From Octopus sinensis (lineage: Eukaryota), in the NCBI RefSeq assembly GCF_006345805.1, contig NC_042997.1:12772001-12836000 (forward strand): a stretch of DNA of 64,000 bases, read 5' to 3'. Shown here in pieces: positions 13,018 to 25,951 of the stretch. Numbering within the stretch: the first letter of the stretch is position 1; every line of letters starts with the position of its first letter. Both the position numbers and the translations under genes were made by a program. Below the pieces are notes generated by a model that was not told the DNA's origin, ran no database searches, and saw only the letters and a list, made by a program, of their open reading frames with translations.

Positions 13018-16000
13018 CACACATCTATATACTCATAGACTTATATATAATTTTCATGTGGACTCTGTGCTAGCATGAATGTGTGTTTGATTGTTTATGA
13101 GTTACTCATCATTGTTCGATCTTTTAGATATATTCTGGATTTTTTTCTGTTTTCATACAAGTAACAGAAAAATGACAAATAGATTCCGTTTACCAAACAT
13201 AATGAATGTTGACCTTTATGAACTCAGAACTAGCTTAGATATATTTTTATATTTATTATATAAAATGTAGAACATACACTACGAAAACTAAACGAAAATT
13301 GTATTAGTAACGTTAAAAACATTATGTTAGATTAGATTATGTCAAATATTCTCGATTATGGATATAACATAACTTTTTATTATTACCAACTTGGTACCGG
13401 TCAAAACTGATGGGATTTATTTATGTATTGATTGGAATTTTAGAATGAAGTTAAATTTCAATCCACATAATGTTTGTGGAATGATAGAGACGGTGATATT
13501 GGCTTATAAATACCGAACTATGTTATATATAGCTCTATAGTTAACAAATTTATCCGCACCTACGTCATGTCAGGTTTCGTCACACTTAGAGATATATTCG
13601 GCTGATGTCCTCAGTTAGTGATCTAGACTAATTAATATCTTGTGGCTAAATTTGGAGGACCGAAACATAACTTGTCCCTAACTTATGTGGAAACGAATAC
13701 CTTTCAAAATTTGCCTTTCAAAGAGTTATTAACATGTGTAATACATAGATGACTATTTTAACTTAATTATGCTTTTGCTTAGCCACTGTAACTTCCTTTT
13801 CCGTTTCAAGGGTTACGACTCTTCGAAGTGGTTGAGAATGAACTTGACTATTTAGAATAACTTGGTGGTACTTTCGTTCTTTATGTATCAGCTATTCTAT
13901 GTTCACATAGATTTAATTAAAACAGTGATGTTTGCGGTTGAGGTAACAATAGCGGCAGCAGCTGCCTTCCTAAATTTCTCTCGCATCGATTGCTACAGTG
14001 CCAGATAACAATTTTAAATTGTTGGTCATATTCAATGCAAGAACACATTGTACTTCAGAATATGTTTAGTTTTCTGACAGACAGGCTATCACAGCTTCAA
14101 AGAAAATCGAAAGAAATGTACTTTTAAATGAAACATATATTCCAAACACCAACCTATGTAAATAAAAAAAAGTGAACTTATCAGCGTTATTTGATCCTTC
14201 TTTTACAACACAGTTTGAACTTGACTGCCAAGATATTGATCATTCCAGTAGCATTTATTTCAACTATTACTTATGTGTTTATTGATATATGTTTGGTCAT
14301 ATTTGGGATGAAGAGCTGTTTTGGGTTTGTTGATCAAATATTACCTGTTTCTCTTTTCCCTGTTGATAGATTTCTAACAAAAAAAAGCACAAATATTTTG
14401 CAATCCGAGAAGAAATACTTTTATTCACGTGTTAATTTCAATAAAAATATATCATTTACTCAATTACTAATTGACTTTTACATACATTGGCGCTGCGTAA
14501 AGCAGATGGGAAGAGTCGAAATTCTCTAACCAGATGTATACGTATATATAGGGTAATAAAGATATCTTATGAAAAGCCGAAGATTTTATCTTGGCGGCAC
14601 TAATCACCTATGAGACAGGAACTCATAAAGTAAGAAGACTGAATTGATGAAACTAACTTATAATAGTGATGCTATTATATTCTATTGAATTATATCTTCC
14701 CGCAATATCAAATCAGACAGAATTATTTCCATCCGTAATATTAAATCAGACACTAGCTCAGCTTCCGACTGCAGCTTGAGCATCAATCAGTAAATGCCTA
14801 ATGTAATTTCAATTTGTTATTCGAGTCCTTTGATTCTGACCTGTTCCGAAATGTTGCAGATTACTTTTACATATTTATTGGTGTTCAGCAACAAATCCTG
14901 CTTTTTTTTTATAAATCAAAGAATTTGTTTTTATTTGTATAGTTAAGCAATGAAAATTGAACATTCTCCATCAAAAAATCCCGTTTTTTGTTGAATAAAA
15001 TAACATATTACGGGTTCACAAAAACTGATGTTTTCGTAATCCATAAACATGTAGCACTGTAATGTGAATTTCTACAACAGACTTCAATCTTTGGCATTTC
15101 ATTGGTTAACTGGATGTCTCTTCTTTTCTTTTTTCTTTTTATAATGTGTATACTAGACAGGGAATGTTGAATACAACAATCCGTGTTGTTGCTATGAATC
15201 TCTAGTATCAATGGAAATGTTTATTGTGTATGAAGAATTATATATCTTCAAATCAGGTTTCAGTATCCGTGATTCGAGTTGTGTAACTGTTTATACATAG
15301 TTTAAACAAAAATCAATTTTCCTTAAACCAATCTCTATTCTATGCTGGAATTCAGTTCCGCTGGCTAAAAACATTTATTATCAACATTTGAAAGTGCTGG
15401 ATCTTTAGAATTAAAGAAGTTTACATACACATCAGAGAGAAAAGGAAACTGTTGTGAAGTTCCTTCAAGTGAAATTCACTGACATGGGGTTTTTCAGAGT
15501 AAATTCGAACTGTTCAAATGGTATGTCCTAAAGCAATGCCTTTTATTATTGTTGAAAGCTATAGATTAACCTCTCTAGTAAGAAATTCATCACAAAGAAA
15601 GCATGCAATTATATTAAATTGATCGTAGACTTAGTGTTGTTGGGAGTTCTCATAAATATGAGTATTAACTGAGAAGAAATGATATTTTACAGTCTATTAT
15701 TAAAGGTTACCGACGGAATACAAACGAAATTTAACATATATCAAGCATTTATAGTCAAAAGGTATTACATTAAGAAATAAACCATACAAATATCACTGGC
15801 CATATTACATCGGATTTCAATCCACTGGACAATAAACTATCTACTCTATCTATTTCATCAAATCTCCTTGGCTCTTTCAGTACAAAAACATTATATATAC
15901 TAAATCAGATGATCTACAATGTAGCTAAGCAGGAAATATAAAAATGAAGATATAAAGTGTAATGCGTAAGACTACAGACTAAAGTGTTGTTGGTTCATAT

Positions 16001-16061
16001 CCAGTTACTAAGGCAGTAATATGTTAGTATTACAATAAGTATCATTTGTATTTCTATCTAT

Positions 16062-16098
<37 letters not shown>

Positions 16099-16099
16099 C

Positions 16100-16250
16100 G
16101 TTTACTAGATGGATCAGTGTTCTCCAGCCAGTTCTATCCTGGGTCGCTTCTTTCAGATAGGCTATGGCCATTCGCTTGTCACTCTTGATGGTGTCAAGCC
16201 AGCGGGTTCTTGGTCGTAGGTGACCAGGTCTTTCCCCTGGCCAGAGATGT
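16100..16250 (-). mobile_element. RTE-clade LINE 3' fragment
   Basis: RPRTRWLDTIKSDKRMAIAYLKEATQDRTGWRTLIHLV, a typical RTE/BovB-type C-terminus, running into (GATA)n. Confidence 0.7.
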
Positions 16251-16386
16251 TTAACCAGCATAGTTACTATATGCCTTTGCCACCCCCAGCACCACGGTGA
16301 TGAGAACGGTTGGACTTTGAAGGGGGATCATTTGTATATAATAGTACGAGTATTATAGGAACAAAATTATAGAAAATAACAATATA

Positions 16387-16420
<34 letters not shown>

Positions 16421-16899
16421 ATATAATTATAATATATATATAATTATATAATATGTAATTATAAATATAATATACATATATATAATATAATTATAGAAAT
16501 AACAAAATTATAGAAAATCATTTGTATATATGTGTATATATATTGTAGGAACAAAATTATAGAAAATAACAGTAACACAAAGCCATCTCTCAGATCAATC
16601 TATGACCACACTAGGTTTTCTATTCTTTTCGAAATAGCTGTCTGCACTTGGTAAAAATTTTTAATGGTAATATTCCAACAATATATACGCATATGAAAAT
16701 TGATGTGTATGAATTCTATATTAGATGTAAAATTTGTTTTTATCCACGGAGAGTATTTACTGCGGATGGCATTCTATTTCGCTTTAGCTTCAATAACATG
16801 GAGTTAATATGTTGAAGCAGCTTCTGACTACATGCGTTATAATCTCGAGGGAAGAGTGACATAATTGAGATTTGTAGTTGCATATTGGGATTCTAAATG

Positions 16900-18125
16900 C
16901 TTGGCTGCCCTTCTTTTTTACTGTCACTTTGCTGTTATTTTGCTGTCCCTATGCTGTTAATTTGATATTTATTAACTATTCTTCTGCCCGTGCTTTGCGG
17001 AAGCGTATTCTTCGTGATGCGATACGATGTACGATTACAAGTCTACGAAACGTTACCGTTCCTGTTAATATTATTACCCTCTTCAATTTTACGGGAAACA
17101 TGCCCATGAATAATCTGTTTTATGGAATGCTAAATGACTCATTCCCAGGTTTTTGCTGAGATATGTAAGCCCTGTATATTTGAATTCATATGAGAGGCCA
17201 TCAATAAGTAAGAATTTCTTGAGTTCTCTACCAACCTACAGGATGTTATTCACTTTACCTTTTTCAAGACTTGCTTGCATTTATTTTTGCTGCTAATATT
17301 TTAGGGTGCTGTCTAGGTGGTATCATACGGCATTCGTAGTCATCTTGTGCTATTCTAAAGCCTGTTTCTATCTCTCCTGGCTTTCTGTCCTTATCACTTG
17401 TGCGTTGAAAATTTGCTGTGGTTCTCAGGATCTAGAGAGTTTAATATGTATGTATTTATGAAGCAAAGTGTGTTTCTATACGTTGGTATTAGTACGCATA
17501 GTACAAGTGCATTTACAACTAATCTAGTTGTAAACTGAAAGCTTTGACTACCATATCTATTTAAGTCGCTTACAATACTCCTACGATAATGTATCATTGT
17601 TCTCAGTACCTAGGTACATTTCTTATTCGTGATGCATATATATGACCAGTAATGCATATATATGTGGTTTGAAGAACAGTTTTTTTCCCATTTCCAATTG
17701 TTAAATATGAATATTTCTTTTTACTTTCTTTGTACCTATTGGGTCTAGACGTCATACCTCTATCAATGAAACATCTAATTGAATACGACTATACTTCTGC
17801 ATTGTAAATATCTCGGGTATGGTTCTTAAGGCAGTCCATAAAGAAAGTATGTGTACTATTTTTGTCTGATGTCTCTTGTTACATACCCAGTGTATGTAAA
17901 AGAAACAACAGTAAATTTAGGGCCCAAAATAAAGAGAATACAGACAGACTGTTGTCATTGAATATTCTTGTAATATTTATCAAATTCGAGACAATTGTTA
18001 CACTTTCAATTTCAAGTATGATGATTGTGGACGACATCTTGGTATGTCATTCAATGACAACAATGAATACAGCAGATATTATGCTAGCTGCAGTGACTTC
18101 AGAAGCGAGGAGTGCACAATTGGAC
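16900..18125 (-). pseudogene. R4/RLE-clade LINE reverse-transcriptase region, decayed
   Basis: Consecutive motifs across frameshifts: HSSLLKSLQLA, RIFNDNSLS (GIFQGDSLS-like), FFMDCLK (catalytic), FIDRGMT, YLG, EYCKRLK.IW, KILRTTANFQRTSD, HGHVSRKI. Confidence 0.7.
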
Positions 18126-18268
18126 CGATATTAAATGAATCGTAATAAAGAGTGCTGCCTGTGACAGCAGGTTTTAGAGCATAGAATGTTGTCTGTTGCC
18201 GCAACTGCTTTATAACAAAGTGACATAAATTTGGGTGGTTTGTCCCAGTATATATATATATATATATA

Positions 18269-18428
18269 GGCGCAGGAGTGGCTGTGTGGTAAGTAGCTTG
18301 CTAACCAACCATATGGTTCTGGGTGCAATCCCACTGCGTGGCATCTTGGGCAAGTGTCTTCTGCTATAGCCCCGGGCCGACCAATGCATTGTGAGTGGAT
18401 TTGGTAGACGGAAACTGAAAGAAGCCTG

Positions 18429-18462
<34 letters not shown>

Positions 18463-18698
18463 GTATGTGTGTGTGTGTATTTGTGTGTCTGTGTTTGTCC
18501 CCTAGCATTGCTTGACAACCGATGCTGGTGTGTGTTTACGTCCCCGTCACTTAGCGGTTCGGCAAAAGAGACCGATATAATAAGTACTGGGCTTACAAAA
18601 AATAAGTCTCGGGGTCGATTTGCTCGACTAAAGGCGGTGCTCCAGCATGGCCGCAGTCAAATGACTGAAACAAGTAAAAGAGTAAAGAGTAAAAGAGT
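18269..18698 (+). mobile_element. SINE family B inserted in a (TA)n tract
   Basis: Full head and tail, with (TA)n on both flanks. Confidence 0.9.
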
Positions 18699-19153
18699 AT
18701 ATATATATATATATATATATATATAGGTGATCTTGAGATCTCATTCCTTTTCACATGGACGGAGAACACCATGACTTAATTGCAAAGATCAAGTGAAATG
18801 GTCACTAATACGGTTGTAATGATATATCTGTTGTTATTGATGTTAACCGTTATAGTTGAAGCGGAATAGCCTCATATTGAAACAAAACTCAAAAGTCTTG
18901 TATGAATGATGGTAGGGCAGTGAATGAAAGTGTTAATCTTATTCATTACAGATGTGAAAAAGAATAACATATATTAGGTTTCTTTAGGTCATGATAGTTG
19001 CAAACGACATGATTTTAAAAACACAGTTTAGACGTTCCTCTATTCCAGCAGTACTACCGCTGGCATTAGCATTTATGTATGTAGGTATGCATATATGGAA
19101 GTATGTATGTATGATTACTTATATTTATATTTATGCATACATACATACATCCA

Positions 19154-19505
19154 TGTAAGCTATGTCATGTTTCTGTGGAAGACATTACGCAAGTGATTTA
19201 CAGATGTCTTAAAATGTCGTCACGGTACTACCTCCCTACGCGGCACGAAGTTGTTAAAACAATTTACAATGTCATCAGCAAAAAGGACTGTCCTGATATA
19301 AACTTAGAAAATCCTTTTGTTATGGAATATATTCATAAACACCAACTCAAAGAATACTGGTTTTGTTAGTAAATGCTTAAATAAGAATTTGCATAAACTG
19401 AGATTTTCAGGAAGAGAAATCAGCCGGCTAATTCGTTCATTACAAGTGCAATCTGTGAGTGGAACATTAAAAATATTCAAGACTTCTCTCGTGTTCCAAA
19501 TGCCA
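19154..19505 (+). pseudogene. R4/RLE-clade LINE C-terminal fragment (CCHC knuckle and terminus)
   Basis: CKLCHVSVEDITQVIYRCLKMSSRYYLPTRHEVV...EYW fused to GFVSKCLNKNLHKL...LQVQSVSGTLKIFKT. Confidence 0.75.
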
Positions 19506-20160
19506 TGTTGTCTTTGTTAACAACATCCCAAAGATGGATCCTTGTATCTTTGTTGGAAATCAGTTCCCCCCTCAGTGGAAGACTTATTATAATTATTAAA
19601 AAATAGACGTGACGTGTAACGAAGTATCTGGAGTAGACTACGGTTTAATCGCATCCTAAGATATTTTAAAGTTCACATGCTAAAGCATCGGGGTAACTTT
19701 AATTAGCCCAGTGGTACGTGTTAATACTACAACTGTTATTTAGCGGTTTTGGCGTAAAATTACTAGAATATTTTTCTCAATAACTCATTTGTATCATGGC
19801 TCATTTAAAAATATCTGAGTAAGTATTAAAACTAGTTGAACAATTGCAAGTAAATCCTGAACATAAAACAATTACTCATTAGGATCAGGAAACACTTCGG
19901 TATTAGCATGTTATGTGCTCTTTATGACAACCTCTGCAGGAATAAACTATTTCGCCCGATTGTTTAAAACGTTTACAAAAGATGAAGTAACTTTTTAATC
20001 AGTTATGTATTTTTCAAGGAAAACAATGATGCACATGGAAATTTTATGGCTTGTGCAACAGATGGTACTGCCTTTATGAAAGGTTGATGTACGAGGATTA
20101 TTGTTTATATCGAGATAAAAATAATAATAAAAATTGCATTCATTATATCCTTCAGTGAAG

Positions 20161-20202
<42 letters not shown>

Positions 20203-20203
20203 G

Positions 20204-20268
<65 letters not shown>

Positions 20269-20270
<2 letters not shown>

Positions 20271-20695
20271 CTTAGATAAACTTAGATAAACTTAGCTATG
20301 TTTCGACCAAAGATTGGTCCAGGCCATGTCTAACTTAATAGCACCACCTGATAGGATTATTCGAATCCTGTTTAAGTCAAGTTTTATTTAAGTCAAGTTT
20401 TGTTCAAGTAGTGAGTTCTTGTTGGGTGAGTTGTATCCAATTATGGGTGGCCTATCTGGTATTCTTTGAAGGAATCTATCCAGACTCTGTTTAAAGTTGA
20501 TGGGATCCTTTTCCTCTTTGATCTCTCTCGAGACAATGTTAAATAGGGCAGGGCCTGTTGAGGAAAAGAAATTATGTTGCAGTGTACATGTATGTTGTGA
20601 TCTTGAATTGGGCAGGGGACGTATAGCCCGTGGTCCAAGTCTTGGATGAAACTTGAAGCTAATGTTTAGGTCGTTTGGGCAAAGTTGGCGGTATA
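20269..20695 (-). mobile_element. CR1-clade LINE 3' end
   Basis: HNFFSSTGPALFNIVSREIKEEKDPINFKQSLDRFLQRIPDRPPIIGYNSPNKNSLLE, then a 3' hairpin (GACCAA-TCT-TTGGTC) and a 10-bp tandem tail (TATCTAAGTT). Confidence 0.8.
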
Positions 20696-23457
20696 TTTTC
20701 CACATCGTACAAATGACACACGCACGCACACACACACATATGTATATATGTGTAAATGCTCGTTTCTCTGTTCAGCTATAGTAAAAACAATTTTACATTA
20801 ATCTGATGTGCTTTGTAGAGTACAAAATTATTATCCTTAAACAAATTTATTTTTGAATTTTCTGTGAGTTAAGCTATTGTCGGACTGCGATACAGGGAAT
20901 TTAATCTCAGCTTTATATGGTCCCTCTTCAGTTTAAATCCTCCTTGGGTATGTGGGTTTGAATCAAGTGGTAATTAGGTTTTAATGTGGGTTGTTATGGA
21001 GTGGAGTTTTGGACAAAACGTTAATTACATTTGTCATTATTTCGAATATATTTATGCACATAGAAGTGTCTAAAGTACCAAAACAAAAAAAAACTGACAA
21101 CTTTGTACCAATGAATCCTATCACATTTTCACATTCATGCACCAAATTTGCAACCAAAACTCGGAACTAGTATTTTCATGCAATATCAAATTTAATCAAA
21201 AAAAATTTCTCCAAAGCATCTCTCTCTCCATAAGGACACACACTGAAACCGAATTACCACTCCACACAAGGCCACATACCTAAAGAATATTTTAAATCAG
21301 CTGAGTCTAACCAACATAGACTTCAATGCATCGCAGTCCAGAGATGTCTTAAATGGCCGAAGACACTGTCGATAATTTTACGTAAATAAGGATAAGTTCA
21401 TATAATTGAATTGAAATAATTAGAATACATCGGATTTGAAAACATGAGGTAATTTAGAGGGGCTAGTAAAATGCATTGTGGCATTTATTTGTATTCTTAA
21501 AATTTTATATCAATAAAATAACTACGAGTCTAATACTGATGCCAATACGATCAACTATAAGCTTCTCCGAATTTAGAGGCCTCTAGAAGAAGTGTTGATG
21601 GGATATATAACCTAAATTTGACATTGTGCTTGCATTAGAAATAACTAGACTCTTAAAATTAGAATTTGACTCGGGCCTCTTTGCTCATTAGGACAGAGCT
21701 TATCACGAACTGGCACATGTTTATGAGGCTGATGTTATAAAACTGTCATCTAACATGATCGGGATGCAAGTTCATCGGATGGTTAACTCCCATCTGCTTC
21801 AGGTAGTCATTTTCCACTGAGTTGAATAGAGAAAAATTAAATGAAATATCAGGCTCAAGTGCATAATAAGCCGGCCAATTTGGAAATCGAAACCACGACC
21901 TTACGAGAAGCAATTAAACATCTTAGCCATTTGCGTAAAAGAATTCATACTAGGAAATTACTGGTATGTTTTAGAAGTCAGGGAGGAAACAGAAGCAATG
22001 TTGATCTCGGCAATATCTGAAATCAATACATAGGAGAGGAAATAGTGCACTGCCTTTATCCCAGCGCTCTACTACCTCAGATAATACTAACTCTTTCTAG
22101 AATAAGAAATATTTTTAAAAAACGAAATATGAATTATCTCGTTATTTCATTTGCTGAATCTTTAAGTTTATTTATTTATTTTCGTCCATGTTAATTTCTT
22201 TTTCTGCATCTTTCATAATATTTTTTTCCCTCTATCTTAGAAAAGAAATAATTCTGCGAGAAGCAAGTAGTTTTTTTTTTATGTGCCCAAAGAGACAATT
22301 AATAAAGTTCGTAGTGAACTCGTACACCGCATAAGCTACCTTGCAGTTTCTGCTTTAGGACGGCCAATGCAAAAAAGAGAAAAGAAAAATCCCAAACACC
22401 AACATCAATAAGAACAAACACAAAACAAATCCTTCACCACAAGTGATAATGATGATGATGATTATGATAATGATGATGATGGTGATGAAGGTGAGGGTGA
22501 GGATAGTGATGATGATCTTACTTTATCATGTGCAAATCCGTGTCGAATTGCAAGTATAGCATTTGTACTGCCGGCTCCTTGCTAACGGTCTGATATTTTA
22601 TAATTGAGTTTTTTAAAAACCCGCTCCTGCAATAATTCCCTCTTTCTGTTACTCTCTCTGTCTCTCTCCCACTCTCTCTATATTTTTCTATTCCACACAT
22701 TTTAAACTAAGCTTAAAGCTATCATGCAAATTTGATTTTATTCATAGACCAATGATCACTGCGTAATATTATTTTTTGGTTATTATTATTATTATTATTA
22801 TTATTATTTATTTTCCTTGTTGTTTTGATTTGTTTTCCATTTTCTTTCTTGTTTTCTTGTTACTTATTATTATTTTTTATATTTTACTTTTTCTGAAGGT
22901 GGGAGGAAATATATTTAATTATATTTATTTATTATTTATCTATTTATCTTGATGTTGCTTTTGGCTTTAAAAAAAAAAAATGAAAGGTACAGAAAAAGTT
23001 ATTTTCAGCTCAATGGCTTTGCGAACATGTTTGCTTGCAACTCTGATATTACGCTTTTACTTTCAACGTTGCCATCGTCATCAATATCAATGTCACTAAT
23101 ATTATTCCCACCATCATAACATCTTAATGATGAATATTACAACAGCAACGAAAACAACAACTTCAGATGCTGCTTGCATTCTTCCTCCTCCTCCTCCTAC
23201 TACTACTACTACTCGTAGCACCACCAAAGACGTTTCTGCCTTGTAGAAATTTTATCAGTATGCAGAATTACGATGTAATTCCGTTTTGCACTTGGGGGAG
23301 GGTATTAACCCTTGTCTTCTGTATTAACTCTCTTCTAAATAAAATATAAAAGCACCCCCTTCAAATAACATGCAAATTTTTAAATGAAAAGGATATATAT
23401 GTATGTACATAAACGAGTGTGTATGCATGTATGTATGTATGTATGTATGTATGTATG

Positions 23458-23488
<31 letters not shown>

Positions 23489-25344
23489 GCAAGCATATAT
23501 GTATATAGAATGAAACATTGAAAAATATAATCTTAAATGTCAGCGCGTTCTAGATGATACCATAATTGCCTTAGAAAATATACAATTTTCAATTTGATTA
23601 CGGTTTTCAAAAATCCTATGTTTTGGTTATATATCTCGCTTTTTCTTTCTTAAATATATATATGAATTTTTAAATTTCTATTTTGTATACGCTTAACTAT
23701 GTAGCCTTACTCTCTGTAGAAATGGTGCTCATTTAAACTTTCTCATTTGAAACTGAGATGATTCATTTATATATAGTAAATTTACATAATTCGATACTAT
23801 TGATTTTATAAAAATGTCAACATATTTCATAATGATATATATATATATATGTATATATATATATCATAAATATTTTAGACTAATAGGTATAAGTCGATTA
23901 GTGTGTTTAAAAGTTGAGTAGAGCACCGGCTCGGTTTAGGCTATCTGTTGCCATCCATAATCGTTACTTTTGTTACGAAATATTCAGACATGAAAATATT
24001 CAGCCATAGAATGAAACGTGATAGTGCGTCTCTTTGCCAGAGATAGCTTTTCAAAAATTCATAACGAGAAAAGTGATAAACATCCGGTATGAAAAAGTAG
24101 AATGTTCAGAGCGTAGTTTCAATAGAGCAGGGTGTTTTCCATGGACGGGGGGAAGATTCATATGGAAATATAAGCTTGGTATTCAAGTTTGAGGGCGATG
24201 CAAAGTAATAAGTGAAAATTGTCTGATTTGCACTTGTTGTTAGGCTCATAAGACACAGTGACTGGTTAACGCAATAAGAATTAGCAGTGATAATGAGTTC
24301 TTTTCTCATTGTTTCGTTTGTCACGCAATTATGCCTAGGTTCTGAATGTAGTAGTCACGAGAAATGACACGTCGGAAGTAATGACGCACAAGTACTAACA
24401 CTTCCAAAACCACAAGGCGTTCTGGATATGTACGCTGCTGGAGTGGTGGGGGAAACAAAAACAGTGTGACCAGAAATACCCGCTGTAACAGCTGTAGCAG
24501 CAAAACCACTTCAGAACATCTTATCCTAACAATTTTGGAAGGCCAAACGAAACGGTGTGAGGGAGAAAGTGTGAAAATGCAGTACAGAGCAGCAAACTAG
24601 CAACATCAACAGTATCTGGTATCCAAAATACCGCATTGTTTACATTATCGGTTGACGTAACGAAATTGCTAAAGAATGCCTCAACGTACACTTACGATCG
24701 AAAGTGAAAGAGTAGGTGAAACTTCTATTTGTTGCACACCGAACACTCTGATAGAGTCGTGAAACAGACTGAAGGCTAGGACAGAAGCTGAACTCTATTG
24801 AGCAATCGGGAAATTGGTTTCATTTTCGTAGTTTATGAACAAGTAATGTTACATTCCTCAAAAGGGACTACATATCGCCCTCAAAATATGGCATTTTAAG
24901 AATGATACAGTCATCATTTCTGGTTGTTACCGGTTTAAGACCACTGATACCTTAGCTTGTATCACATATCTTCATCGTTGTTGGTTATTTTTTTTCTCCG
25001 GCATTTTTTTGTTTCCTTCACGTTATTCTCACAGCGATGTGTGAGTAACAATTGTTATGCGTATAATTTTTCTTTTAGGCGCGTAGAAACTTGCTACTTT
25101 CCACTTCTTTATGTCATCGCATCAGAAAATTCTTTCATTATAGTGCGGCTGGTCACTTTTTCAAACTGTTCCCAAATTTGTGACAGGTTTTTTTTTTCTA
25201 TTGTGAAAGAGATAAATAAAATGAAGAAAGCATTTAGTGTATTCGTCATTTTATTACATGTATAACATTCACTAATGTATCAATATTTAGTTTTATTATT
25301 TGAGTCAACACTAACAAGTTCAATATCAATATAATATTTTTTAA

Positions 25345-25915
25345 GAGACCATAACCTGGTGACCTATGCCAGGGGTATGACCAGCCCACTTATGCGTACC
25401 ATTCCTTCATTGGACAAAAAACTCTGCTTGCGAAGACCTGTTGAGGCAAATGAAATCAAAATCAAATTCGATGACGGGCATCCGTGCTATTGGAGCGTTA
25501 AGAGCACCATCCAAGCATGATCGTTGCCAGAGCAGTTGACTGGCTTCCGTGCCGGTGGAATGTAAAAAGCACCATTTGAGCATGATCGGTACCAGTGTGG
25601 CCTTATTGGCACTTGTGCCGGTAGTACGTGAAAAAACATTCGAGCGAAGTCGTTGCCAATACCGCTGGAGTGGCTCATGTGCTGGTGGCACGTAAAAAGT
25701 ACCATGTGAACGTGGTCGTTTGCAGTACCGCCTGACTGGCCCTCGTACGGGTGGCACCTAAAAGCACCCACTACATTCTGGGAGTGGTTGGCGTTAGGAA
25801 GTGCATCCAGCTGTAGAAACTCTGCCAGATCAGATTGGAACCTGGTGCAGCCATCTGATTCGCCAGACCTCAGTCAAATCGTCCAACCCATGCTAGCATG
25901 GAAAGCGGACGTTAA

Positions 25916-25950
<35 letters not shown>
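25345..25950 (+). mobile_element. RTE-tailed non-autonomous retroelement with an internal 65-bp tandem array
   Basis: GGGAGTGGTTGGCGTTAGGAAGTGCATCCAGCTGTAGAAA core and CCCATGCTAGCATGGAAAGCGGACGTTAAA(TGA)n tail. The 5' boundary is uncertain. Confidence 0.6.

Positions 25951-25951
<1 letters not shown>

Noticed and set aside
13603-13680. CTGAT-GTCCTC...GAGGAC-C-GAAACATA hammerhead-like motif
   Set aside because: The core lacks GA and stem I cannot form; at most a relic.
22445-22515. Acidic D/E-rich reading frame
   Set aside because: It is a degenerate (GAT)n microsatellite with no splice or start context.
25503-25770. CRISPR-like appearance of the 65-bp array and of the SINE C multimers
   Set aside because: Whole units are homologous, with no unique spacers and no cas genes, in eukaryotic repeat context.
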